In this document: piece after piece, positions 1 through 7,935 of the stretch
How positions within the stretch are numbered: position 1 is the first letter of the stretch
Layout: every line of letters starts with the position of its first letter
Translations under genes and position numbers: made by a program
Notes under the pieces: model-generated
The model's input: only the letters and a program-made list of their open reading frames with translations
Database searches by the model: none
What the model was told of the DNA's origin: nothing
Source of the DNA: Chloroflexota bacterium
GTDB lineage: Bacteria > Chloroflexota > Limnocylindria > QHBO01
Direction: 5' to 3'
NCBI GenBank assembly: GCA_005882055.1
Contig: VBGQ01000095.1
Location: forward strand, 1-41,815
Length of the DNA: 41,815 bases

Positions 1-547
1 CGTCCAGCGCGTCAGCCGAGCGACGATCCGGGTTGGCCCCGAGGCGGTGGGCGAGATCGAGCGGGGGGCCCTGGTGCTGGTAGGCGTCAGCCACGGCGAT
101 ACGCCCGCAGTCGCGGACCAGATGGCGGAGAAGCTGGTGGGCCTGCGTTACTTCGAGGACACCGGCGGACGCACGAACCTGGACCTTCGCTCGATCGGCG
201 GCGAGCTGCTGATCGTCAGCCAGTTCACCCTGTACGCCGACGTCCAGCGGGGGCGTCGTCCCGGGTTCACCGATGCCGCGCCTCCGGATCTCGCGCGACC
301 GATCGTGGATCGTTTCGTCTCCAGGCTGCGACGGGAGGGCGTGCGCGTGGCGACCGGACGGTTTGGCGCACACATGGCCGTGGAGCTGGTCAACGATGGG
401 CCGTTCACAATGGTGGTCGACTCGGAGCGTGACCTGCCGTCACGGCGGGATGCAGCCTTCGAGGAGCGGGGGATCAGATCTTCTGGAGGGTCCGCCGGCA
501 GCGCGAGCAGGCCAGGACGCGGACCGGATGCCCGTCGCGCTGAATGA
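1..547 (+). CDS. dtd: D-aminoacyl-tRNA deacylase (5' end cut by window edge)
   Basis: Reading from nt 2 gives VQRVSRATIRVG..., continuing into the listed ORF. Dtd hallmarks are present: LLIVSQFTLYAD, GRRPGF, NDGPFTMVVDS. About 40 aa of low-complexity tail follow the conserved end. Confidence 0.85.
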   Translation, partial: VQRVSRATIRVGPEAVGEIERGALVLVGVSHGDTPAVADQMAEKLVGLRYFEDTGGRTNLDLRSIGGELLIVSQFTLYADVQRGRRPGFTDAAPPDLARPIVDRFVSRLRREGVRVATGRFGAHMAVELVNDGPFTMVVDSERDLPSRRDAAFEERGIRSSGGSAGSASRPGRGPDARRAE

Positions 548-665
548 CCGTTGGCTGCAGGTTGGGCAGCCAGCGGCGCAAGGCCCGCTTCCTGTTCATT
601 CCGATCGACTGCGGGTTCCAGCCGGTGATCGGCTTCTTGCCGCAGATCGCGCACTCACGTGCCAT
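474..665 (-). CDS. rpmB: 50S ribosomal protein L28
   Basis: MARECAICGKKPITGWN...RRWLPNLQ... is typical of L28. I used the internal ATG (MAREC) rather than the ORF-track start at 683. Confidence 0.9.
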   Translation of the reverse strand: MARECAICGKKPITGWNPQSIGMNRKRALRRWLPNLQPTVIQRDGHPVRVLACSRCRRTLQKI

Positions 666-685
666 CGCCTGATCGTGCTCCATGC

Positions 686-2863
686 ATGAACGAACCGGCC
701 CGCCGATCGGCGGTACCGGAGCTTCGGGATCCTAGCACGCTACGATCGGCCGATGCAACGAAGCCGCCGGTGAAGGCTGCTCCCGGCGCTGCGGTCGCGG
801 CCCCCATCGAGCGCCTCGACCTGCCGATCGCGCGGGCAGTGCCGGAGGTTGCGCGCGGGGCCGCAACCCTGCGCCGGCTTGGCGTCTACACCCCTCGCCA
901 GGCGCTCTTCTACCTGCCGTTTCGCTACGACGACTACAGCGACCTTCGCCCGCTCGGCGACCTTGTGGCCGACGAGAAGCAGTCGGCACGAGTGCGCGTG
1001 ACCGACGTGAAGGTCGAGCCCGGGTTCGGGCGGCGACCGCAGCGAGTCATCGCCCAGCTGGCCGACGACACCGGCAGCGCCGAGGCCATCTGGTTCGGCC
1101 GCCGCTTCGTCGAGCGGCGCCTGCACGCAGGCGAAGAGGTCGTGCTGAGTGGCAAGGTGGCGATGCGCGGCTGGCGGCCGCAGTTCGTGTCACCCGACTT
1201 CAGCCCGGCGGGAGCTGCATCGCTGCACACCGGCCGCATCGTGCCGATCTACCGGCTGGTCGGCGGCATCACCCAGCGGCGGGTGCGGGAGCTGCTGGCT
1301 CGGGTCCTCGGTCGCAGCCTGCGCGACGTCCGCGACCCGCTGGCCCCAGAAGAGCGACCTGGCTTGCCAGACCTCCCGGCCGCGCTGAAGGCCGCCCACT
1401 TCCCGGATGATCCAGGTGAGGTGCGGCCCGCGCTCGACCGCCTGGCCCACGACGAGCTGCTTGCCCTGCAGCTGGTGTTGGCGCAGGCACGCGTGGCACG
1501 CAGTGGGCAGCGGGCGCCACGCATCGCGGTCAGCGCCGGCGAGCTGGAAACGCTCGAGGGAGCGCTGCCCTTCACGCTGACCGATGACCAGCGGGTCGCG
1601 ATCCGCGAGGTGCTCGCGGACCTCGATGGCGAGCTCCCCATGCGACGCCTCCTGCAGGGCGATGTGGGGAGCGGCAAGACCGCGGTCGCGGCGGTGGCCC
1701 TGGCAGCGGCGTGTCGGGCCGGCTGGCAGGGGGTGCTCATGGCGCCCACCGAGATCCTCGCTCGTCAGCACTATCTCGGGCTAGCGCCATTGCTCGAGGC
1801 GCTCGGCGTCCGGGGGGAATTCCTGTCCGGGAGCCTCTCGGCGGCGCGCAAGCGGGCCATCCATGCTGCGATCGGGGAGGGCGAGATCGAGGTCGTGATC
1901 GGGACCCACGCCGTCATCAGTCGTGGCGTCGTCTTTCGGCGCCTTGGCGTGGCGGTGGTGGACGAGCAGCATCGGTTCGGCGTCAGCCAGCGCGCGGCGC
2001 TGCAGGCCAAAGGCGAGGGGCTCGAGCCGCACCTGCTGGCGCTGACCGCGACACCCATCCCGCGCACCCTCGCCCTCACCTTCTACGGAGACCTGTCGAT
2101 CTCGACCATTCGCCAGATGCCGCCCGGGCGACAACCGGTGCGGACCGAGATCCGCGACCGGGGCGCGCTCGAGCGCATCCAGGACTTCATCGCCGACGAG
2201 GCGGCGGCCGGGCGTCAGAGCTTCGTGGTGGTGCCCCTCGTGCTCGAGAGCGAGATGACGGACGCGGCGTCCGCGGAAGCCGAGGCGACACGACTCTCCG
2301 GGGCGCTGCCGCAGCTGCGGGTCGGGCTGGTGCACGGCCAGCAGCGCTCAGAGCTCCGCGACGCGATGATGGCGCGGTTCGCCGCAGCGGAGCTGGACGT
2401 CCTGGTGGCAACCACGGTCGTGGAAGTGGGAATCGACGTGCCGAATGCATCGGTCATGCTCATCGAGGACGCGGAGCGCTTCGGCCTCGCCCAGCTGCAC
2501 CAGCTGCGCGGACGGGTGGGCCGCGGCCCGCATCGGTCCTTCTGCATCCTCCTCAGCGATGCCGACGATCCGGTGGCTCGCCGCCGGCTGGAGGTGGTCA
2601 AGGGATCGACCGATGGGTTTGCCATCGCGGAGGAAGACCTGGCCCTGCGTGGTGCCGGCAACCTGCTCGGGACCCGCCAGAGCGGCCTGCCACCACTGCG
2701 TGTCGCCACCCTCTTCGACCCGCGTCATCTCGAGCTGGCCGGACAGGCCCGCGAGCTCGCCCAGCGGTTGGTGGCCGAGGACCCTGGGCTGACCCGACGT
2801 CCTGATCTGATACGCCTGCGCGACGACTTTGCCCCTCGCGACGAGGAGGGTGATGCCGCCTGA
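686..2863 (+). CDS. recG: ATP-dependent DNA helicase RecG
   Basis: Wedge-domain region (LFYLPFRYDDYS), Walker A (GDVGSGKT), DEQHRFG, TATPIPRT and a C-terminal helicase lobe are all present. The start is uncertain: ATG at 659 or 686, or GTG near 764. It lies only about 20 nt from the divergent rpmB start. Confidence 0.9.
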   Translation: MNEPARRSAVPELRDPSTLRSADATKPPVKAAPGAAVAAPIERLDLPIARAVPEVARGAATLRRLGVYTPRQALFYLPFRYDDYSDLRPLGDLVADEKQSARVRVTDVKVEPGFGRRPQRVIAQLADDTGSAEAIWFGRRFVERRLHAGEEVVLSGKVAMRGWRPQFVSPDFSPAGAASLHTGRIVPIYRLVGGITQRRVRELLARVLGRSLRDVRDPLAPEERPGLPDLPAALKAAHFPDDPGEVRPALDRLAHDELLALQLVLAQARVARSGQRAPRIAVSAGELETLEGALPFTLTDDQRVAIREVLADLDGELPMRRLLQGDVGSGKTAVAAVALAAACRAGWQGVLMAPTEILARQHYLGLAPLLEALGVRGEFLSGSLSAARKRAIHAAIGEGEIEVVIGTHAVISRGVVFRRLGVAVVDEQHRFGVSQRAALQAKGEGLEPHLLALTATPIPRTLALTFYGDLSISTIRQMPPGRQPVRTEIRDRGALERIQDFIADEAAAGRQSFVVVPLVLESEMTDAASAEAEATRLSGALPQLRVGLVHGQQRSELRDAMMARFAAAELDVLVATTVVEVGIDVPNASVMLIEDAERFGLAQLHQLRGRVGRGPHRSFCILLSDADDPVARRRLEVVKGSTDGFAIAEEDLALRGAGNLLGTRQSGLPPLRVATLFDPRHLELAGQARELAQRLVAEDPGLTRRPDLIRLRDDFAPRDEEGDAA

Positions 2864-2887
2864 CGTCGCTGGCCCAACGCCGCGCCG

Positions 2888-3457
2888 ATGCGGGTGATCG
2901 CCGGCAGCGCACGTGGGGTGCAGCTGCTGGGACCGCGTGATCGAATGACGCGGCCGATCACCGACCGCGTCAAGGAGACGCTGTTTGGCATCCTCGGCGA
3001 GCGGGTTCCGGGCGCGCGCTTCCTCGACCTGTATGCCGGCAGCGGGGCGATCGGGATCGAGGCGCTCTCGCGAGGAGCGGAGGCTGCGACCTTCGTCGAG
3101 CGCGGCGCGCCGGCCGTGAAGGTGCTGCGGGCCAACCTCGAGCGCACTCACCTCGCGGATCGGGCGACGGTGGTGGCGGGCGACGTCCTGGGCTTCCTTG
3201 ACCGCGGAGAGGCGCGGGGTCACGACCTGGCGGTGCTGGATCCGCCGTACGCGGAGCGTGCTATCCTCGCGCCGCTTCAGCGCCTGGCCGCGCAGATGGA
3301 GCCGGGAGGCATGGTGGTGGTCAAGCATTTCTGGCGAACCGCGGTGCTCGCGCCGCCGGGGGTGGCCGGGCTGGCGCAGGTGCGGGTCCGCCGCTTCGGC
3401 GAGACGACGCTTACCTTCCTCGTCCGCGGCCCGATCGAGGCCGGAGAGCCGTCGTGA
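2888..3457 (+). CDS. rsmD: 16S rRNA (guanine966-N2)-methyltransferase RsmD
   Basis: MRVIAGSARG...RPITDRVKETLFGIL...FLDLYAGSGAIGIEALSRGA...LDPPY. Confidence 0.9.
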   Translation: MRVIAGSARGVQLLGPRDRMTRPITDRVKETLFGILGERVPGARFLDLYAGSGAIGIEALSRGAEAATFVERGAPAVKVLRANLERTHLADRATVVAGDVLGFLDRGEARGHDLAVLDPPYAERAILAPLQRLAAQMEPGGMVVVKHFWRTAVLAPPGVAGLAQVRVRRFGETTLTFLVRGPIEAGEPS

Positions 3458-3942
3458 GCCGCGTCGCGGTCTTTCCGGGATCGTTCGATCCCATCACCAA
3501 CGCCCATCTGGACGTCGTGCGTCGCGCCGCAGGCCTCTTCGATCGGCTGGTGATCGGGGTGCTCACCAACCCGGCCAAGCTGCCGCTCTTCACGGCGGAT
3601 GAGCGGGTGGCGCTCGTCCAGGCGTGCGTCACCGACCTTGGCGGCGTGGTGGCAGTCGAGGCCTTCGAAGGCCTGACTGTCGAGTTCGCCCACCGCCAGG
3701 GGGCAGGCTTCGTGGTCCGGGGGCTGCGCGCAGTCAGCGACTTCGAGTTCGAGCTGCAGCTTGCCCACACCAACCGGCGGCTGGCCCCGGAGGTGGACAC
3801 CGTGTTCCTGATGACCGCCCTCGAGCATGGCTACATCTCCTCCTCGCTGAGCAAGGAGGTCGCCAGATTCGGGGGCGACATCAGTGCCATGGTGCCCCGG
3901 CCGGTCGAGGCGGCGCTTCGCGCCAGGAGTGACCGCGGGTGA
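3454..3942 (+). CDS. coaD: Phosphopantetheine adenylyltransferase
   Basis: VAVFPGSFDPITNAHLDVV motif. The GTGA overlap with the rsmD stop suggests translational coupling. Confidence 0.93.
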   Translation: MSRVAVFPGSFDPITNAHLDVVRRAAGLFDRLVIGVLTNPAKLPLFTADERVALVQACVTDLGGVVAVEAFEGLTVEFAHRQGAGFVVRGLRAVSDFEFELQLAHTNRRLAPEVDTVFLMTALEHGYISSSLSKEVARFGGDISAMVPRPVEAALRARSDRG

Positions 3943-3954
3943 GCGCGATACCGG

Positions 3955-3963
3955 GGCTATAAT
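3955..3963 (+). promoter_or_regulatory. Putative -10 box GGCTATAAT upstream of the coiled-coil ORF/yceD/rpmF group
   Basis: TATAAT at 3958-3963 stands out in GC-rich intergenic DNA and is flanked by GGGG/CCCC. It lies 52 nt before the Shine-Dalgarno-positioned codon at 4015. Confidence 0.3.
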
Positions 3964-4014
3964 CCCCGCAGCCCAGAACCGGGCTCTCTGCCGAGAACGT
4001 CGGAGGCCGCAGCG

Positions 4015-4542
4015 ACGGACATCCTCTTCCTGGTCGAGCGTCTCGAATCGCTCGTGGCGTCCGGCAAGAAGCTCCCCCTCACCAACAACGTGGTGCTCGA
4101 TCAGGCTGCAGTGCTGGAGCTGATCGACCAGCTTCGCGTTGCGGTGCCGGATGAGGTGCGCCAGGCCAAGCGCATCACCGAGGACGCCGGACGCATCACC
4201 GAGCGCGCCCGCGAGGAGTCAGACCAGGTGGTGGCGCGAGCCCAGGAGCAAGCGGCGCAGATGCTCGAGGAGCGCGAGCTGGTCAAGCTCGCGCAGCAGC
4301 GTGCCACCGAGATCATCGACCAGGCCAGCGGCGAGGCGGCCGAGGTGCGCCGCGGCGCCGACGAGTATGCCGCCGGCGTCCTGATCCGTCTCGAGGGCGA
4401 ATGCACCAAGGCGCTGACCAGCATCAAGCGGGGGATCGACATGCTCGACGAGCGTCACCGAACACCCAAGGCAGGCACCAGCCGACCGGCCCAGCCGGTC
4501 GAGATCGAGCAGGAGCAGGCCGAAGCCACAGCTCGGCCATGA
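4015..4542 (+). CDS. Conserved coiled-coil protein (ATP-synthase-b/V-ATPase-H-like helical repeats), function unknown
   Basis: An E/A/R/Q-rich helical ORF in the usual coaD-yceD slot. The first canonical start is GTG at 4054. The helical sequence DILFLVERLESLV continues in frame upstream, and a GGAGG (4002-4006) sits 8 nt before an ACG codon at 4015. Confidence 0.6.
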   Translation, partial: TDILFLVERLESLVASGKKLPLTNNVVLDQAAVLELIDQLRVAVPDEVRQAKRITEDAGRITERAREESDQVVARAQEQAAQMLEERELVKLAQQRATEIIDQASGEAAEVRRGADEYAAGVLIRLEGECTKALTSIKRGIDMLDERHRTPKAGTSRPAQPVEIEQEQAEATARP

Positions 4543-5072
4543 TCGCGGTCAACGTCGCGGGGCTGCTGCACGAGGCGCCAGGAGCTACACGCGAGCTGCG
4601 GCTGCGGGACCACTACGCGGTCCTGGGTCCCGACCTCGAGCTGGCAGGACCGATGGATGGGGTCCTGCGCCTGCAGCGCACCAATCGCGGCGTCCTGGTG
4701 CGTGGCACCGTCACGGCACCGCTGCGGCGCACGTGCGCCCGATGCCTCGAGGCCTATGTCGAGGACGTACGGGTCGCCATCAACGAGGAGTTCCTGCCCT
4801 CCGTGGACCCGCACAATGGGTTCCCGGTCGCGATCGAGGATGGCGACCCGACCCAGCGCATCGATGACCACCACGAGATCGACTTTGGTCCGCTCCTCCA
4901 CGATGAGCTCAGCCTCACCGAGCCGATTCATCCGCTCTGCCGTCCGGACTGCCCGGGTCTGTGCGTGGTCTGCGGGGCGTCGCTGTCCGGCGGCCCGCAT
5001 CGGCACGAGGCCGATGAGCCTGATCCGCGGCTTGCACCCCTTGCCCGGCTCCTTGATCAGCGGCAGGACTGA
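4539..5072 (+). CDS. yceD: YceD/DUF177 family protein (large-subunit rRNA accumulation protein)
   Basis: MIAVNVAGLL... with CxxC...CRPDCPGLCVVCG cysteine motifs. ATGA overlap with the upstream ORF, directly upstream of rpmF as usual. The ORF-track start at 4401 is an out-of-context extension. Confidence 0.85.
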   Translation: MIAVNVAGLLHEAPGATRELRLRDHYAVLGPDLELAGPMDGVLRLQRTNRGVLVRGTVTAPLRRTCARCLEAYVEDVRVAINEEFLPSVDPHNGFPVAIEDGDPTQRIDDHHEIDFGPLLHDELSLTEPIHPLCRPDCPGLCVVCGASLSGGPHRHEADEPDPRLAPLARLLDQRQD

Positions 5073-5096
5073 GATTCGCCCCGGTTCCAACGGCGC

Positions 5097-5105
5097 CGCT
5101 ATACT
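5097..5105 (+). promoter_or_regulatory. Putative -10 box CGCTATACT upstream of rpmF
   Basis: TATACT at 5100-5105 is bracketed by the inverted repeat CGCCGC/GCGGCG (5094-5099 and 5106-5111), 40 nt before the rpmF start. Confidence 0.3.
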
Positions 5106-5144
5106 GCGGCGTTCCCCAGTCCTCATTGCACAGGAGTTGTTCGC

Positions 5145-5348
5145 GTGGGCGTCCCCAAGCGAAAGGTTTCAAAGGCCCGCCAGGGCGAGCGCCGCGCCCA
5201 CCTGGCCATCAGCGGGCCGCCACTGGTCGAGTGCGACCATTGCCACGAGCTGAAGCGCGCCCACCACGTCTGCCCGACGTGCGGCTACTACGACGGCCGG
5301 GAGGCGGTTCCCATCAAGGTGGCCTCCCCCGCAGAGGGGCAGCGCTGA
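5145..5348 (+). CDS. rpmF: 50S ribosomal protein L32
   Basis: GVPKRKVSKARQGERRAH...CxxC...CPTCGYY. AGGAG Shine-Dalgarno at 5131-5135. Confidence 0.93.
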   Translation: MGVPKRKVSKARQGERRAHLAISGPPLVECDHCHELKRAHHVCPTCGYYDGREAVPIKVASPAEGQR

Positions 5349-5380
5349 CCGACACGAACCTTCTCGCCGGGTAGCGGGAG

Positions 5381-6445
5381 GTGCGCATCGCGGTCGACGC
5401 GATGGGCGGCGACTTCGCACCGCGGGAAGTGGTGCGCGGCGCCATCGACTACGCGTCCGAGCGCTCGGACCACGTCATCCTGGTGGGTGCCGGGGAGCAG
5501 ATCGAGCGCGAGATCAAGGACTACGGCAAGGGCCACCCTCCGCGTGTCTCGGTGGTCGACGCCCCCGAGCTGATCGAGATGGGGGAGCACCCGGCTGCCG
5601 CCCTGCGTGCCAAGAAGCGCGCCTCCGTGGTGGTCGCCACCGAGCTCGTGCGTGACGACGGCGCCGATGCGGTGGTCTCCGCGGGATCCACCGGCGCGAC
5701 CCTGGCGGCGGCCATCTTCCGGTTGGGCCGGATCGAGGGGATCGACCGCCCGGCACTGGGCGCGCACCTGGTCACGCCCGAGGGCCCGATCATGCTCCTG
5801 GATGTCGGGGCCATCGTCGACTGCGACGCCGACAACCTCGTCCAGTTCGGGGTGATGGGCTCCATCTACGCCGAGCACGTGCTGCGCGTGGCCAGGCCGC
5901 GCGTCGGGTTGCTCAATATCGGTGAGGAGGCCGACAAGGGGGATCGGCTCGCCCAGGAGGCGAACCATCGGCTTCGTCATTCCGGGCTCAACTTCGTCGG
6001 CAACGTGGAGGGCAACGAGCTGATCGCGCACCGCGCCGACGTCGTCGTGTGCGACGGGTTCGTGGGCAACGTGATCCTCAAGTTCTTCGAGGGGCTGACC
6101 GGCTATATCTTCCGCTCGGTGCGCGAGGACCTGAACCAGGGCCTGGTGGCACCGGTGGCGCTGTTGGCGCTGCGACCCGGGTTCGAGCGCATCCGTCGCC
6201 GCTTCGACTACGAACGGTTCGGAGGCACGCCCCTGCTGGGCGTGCGGGGGGTGAGCATCGTGACCCATGGTCGAGCCAGGTCACGCATGATCCGATTTGC
6301 GATGGAGGCTGCCTCGGACGCCGCGGCGGCGCGTATCCCGGATCTCATCGCGGAGTGGACCCGCACGCACCCGGCGACGAGCGGGATCCGCGGCGAGCTG
6401 CGTGCCCGCATCGCGCATCGGCTCGGCCGCGGCGAACGAGACTGA
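5381..6445 (+). CDS. plsX: Phosphate acyltransferase PlsX
   Basis: MRIAVDAMGGDFAP..., SAGSTGA, GFVGNV, GGTPLLGVRG. Confidence 0.93.
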   Translation: MRIAVDAMGGDFAPREVVRGAIDYASERSDHVILVGAGEQIEREIKDYGKGHPPRVSVVDAPELIEMGEHPAAALRAKKRASVVVATELVRDDGADAVVSAGSTGATLAAAIFRLGRIEGIDRPALGAHLVTPEGPIMLLDVGAIVDCDADNLVQFGVMGSIYAEHVLRVARPRVGLLNIGEEADKGDRLAQEANHRLRHSGLNFVGNVEGNELIAHRADVVVCDGFVGNVILKFFEGLTGYIFRSVREDLNQGLVAPVALLALRPGFERIRRRFDYERFGGTPLLGVRGVSIVTHGRARSRMIRFAMEAASDAAAARIPDLIAEWTRTHPATSGIRGELRARIAHRLGRGERD

Positions 6446-6450
6446 GGGTC

Positions 6451-6915
6451 GTGGCCTCGTCGCCGCCTGGCAGCCCATCGCGCAGGCGACGCTCAGAACG
6501 CCAGCGACCGGGCCTCGCGGCGCGTCGCCTGGCGCTGATGGCGCTCTTCGAGGAGGAGTTCCGGCCGCGCCAGGCGCTCGAGGCGCTTGACCGCCTCGCT
6601 GTCGACCGAGGAGCTCCCGCGCCGGTCGCGGATCACGCCCGCCAGATCGTCCTGGGCGTGCTCGACCATCGGTCGCAGCTGGACGAACGAATCGCCGGTC
6701 AGGCGCCCGCAATCCCCGTTTCTGAGCTCGGTCGGGTCGAGCGAACGATCCTCCGGAGCGCTCTGTTTGAGATGCTATACTCCGCCGCGACCCCGAGCGG
6801 GGAGACGATCGAGGACGCCGTTTCTCTCGCCCGGATCTACGCTGGAGATGCCGCCCGCCGCCTCGTGAACGGTGTGCTCGGCAGCGTCGCGCGATCATCG
6901 GGTGGAGGAGGTTAG
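6451..6915 (+). CDS. nusB: Transcription antitermination factor NusB-like
   Basis: A GTG at 6451 opens ...[14 protein letters not shown]...[13 protein letters not shown]...[11 protein letters not shown]...[10 protein letters not shown], the NusB fold signature. The upstream part of ORF 6049..6915 overlaps plsX and is not coding. Confidence 0.8.
   Translation: MASSPPGSPSRRRRSERQRPGLAARRLALMALFEEEFRPRQALEALDRLAVDRGAPAPVADHARQIVLGVLDHRSQLDERIAGQAPAIPVSELGRVERTILRSALFEMLYSAATPSGETIEDAVSLARIYAGDAARRLVNGVLGSVARSSGGGG
6773..6787 (+). promoter_or_regulatory. Putative internal promoter (TGCTATACTCCGCCG) inside the nusB 3' end, upstream of acpP
   Basis: This 15-mer is identical to the one upstream of rplS (17356-17370). 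Its TATACT is at 6776-6781, about 145 nt before acpP. Confidence 0.3.
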
Positions 6916-6923
6916 GAGCAGCG

Positions 6924-7166
6924 GTGGCCGAAGGCACTACGTTCGAGCGTCTCAAGAAGCTCATCGTCGAGCAGCTCGGCGTCGACGAGGACGAGGTCAC
7001 GCCCCAGGCTTCATTCGTCGAGGACCTCAACGCGGACTCGCTTGACCTCGTCGAGCTGATCATGAGCCTCGAAGAGGAGTTCGGGATGGAGATCTCGGAC
7101 GAGGATGCCGAGAAGATCCAGAAGGTCTCGGACGCCGTCGAGTACATCGAGGAGCACCAGCAGTAG
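6924..7166 (+). CDS. acpP: Acyl carrier protein
   Basis: LGVDEDEV...[21 protein letters not shown], with the DSL phosphopantetheine attachment motif. Confidence 0.95.
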   Translation: MAEGTTFERLKKLIVEQLGVDEDEVTPQASFVEDLNADSLDLVELIMSLEEEFGMEISDEDAEKIQKVSDAVEYIEEHQQ

Positions 7167-7175
7167 CGAAGCCCC

Positions 7176-7928
7176 ATGGCGATCCCGTCCGTCGACGAGC
7201 TGGGCGAGCGGCTCGGCATCGTCCTGCGAGATGGGGCGGCCATTGCCCAGGCGTTCGTCCATAGTTCCTACTTCAACGAAAACCCCACCCTGGTCGACGG
7301 GCACAACGAGCGTCTCGAGTTCCTTGGTGACGCCGTCATCAGCCTGGTCGTCAGCGGTCTGCTCTATGAGCGATTTCCCGACGAGGACGAAGGGTTCCTG
7401 ACCGCGCGCCGCGCCGCACTGGTGAACCGTCACGCCCTCGCCGCGGTGGCACTCGAGCTCGGGCTGGATCGATACCTTCTCCTGGGCCGCGGTGAAGCGG
7501 AGGCTGGCGGCGCGACGCGCCCCTCGCTGCTCGCCGCGACCTTCGAAGCGGTCGCGGGCGCGCTCTTCCTGTCGGAGGGAATGGAAGCCACGCGCATCTG
7601 GCTGCGTCGATTGTTCAACGCACGGCTGACCACTCCGGGGGAGGCGGCGCCGCCGAAATCGGCGAAGAGCCGGTTGCAGGAATGGACGCAGCACTATCGC
7701 CGCGCCAAGCCCTTCTACGAGCTGGTGAGCGCGATCGGGCCGCCGCACGAGCAGACCTTCACCGTGGCCGCCGTGCTCGAGGGCAGGCGCCTCTCCGTCG
7801 GCGAGGGGTCGAGCCGCCAGCGCGCGGAGGAGCAGGCCGCCGGCGCAGCGCTCGAGCTCCTCGCAGCTGGGACCGACGAGCCGGCGCTCGAGGGTGGCGG
7901 CGCCGAGGAGGCGCTGCGAATCTCGTGA
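7176..7928 (+). CDS. rnc: Ribonuclease III
   Basis: FVHSSY...NERLEFLGDAVISL signature, plus a C-terminal dsRBD (KSRLQEW...). Confidence 0.93.
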   Translation: MAIPSVDELGERLGIVLRDGAAIAQAFVHSSYFNENPTLVDGHNERLEFLGDAVISLVVSGLLYERFPDEDEGFLTARRAALVNRHALAAVALELGLDRYLLLGRGEAEAGGATRPSLLAATFEAVAGALFLSEGMEATRIWLRRLFNARLTTPGEAAPPKSAKSRLQEWTQHYRRAKPFYELVSAIGPPHEQTFTVAAVLEGRRLSVGEGSSRQRAEEQAAGAALELLAAGTDEPALEGGGAEEALRIS

Positions 7929-7935
7929 CCATCTG

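Noticed and set aside
5288-6445. ORFs 5288-6268 (-) and 6049-6915 (+), which overlap plsX.
   Set aside because: plsX homology is continuous in its own frame. Only the last 155 codons of 6049-6915 (from GTG 6451) show NusB features, and the rest is overlap noise.
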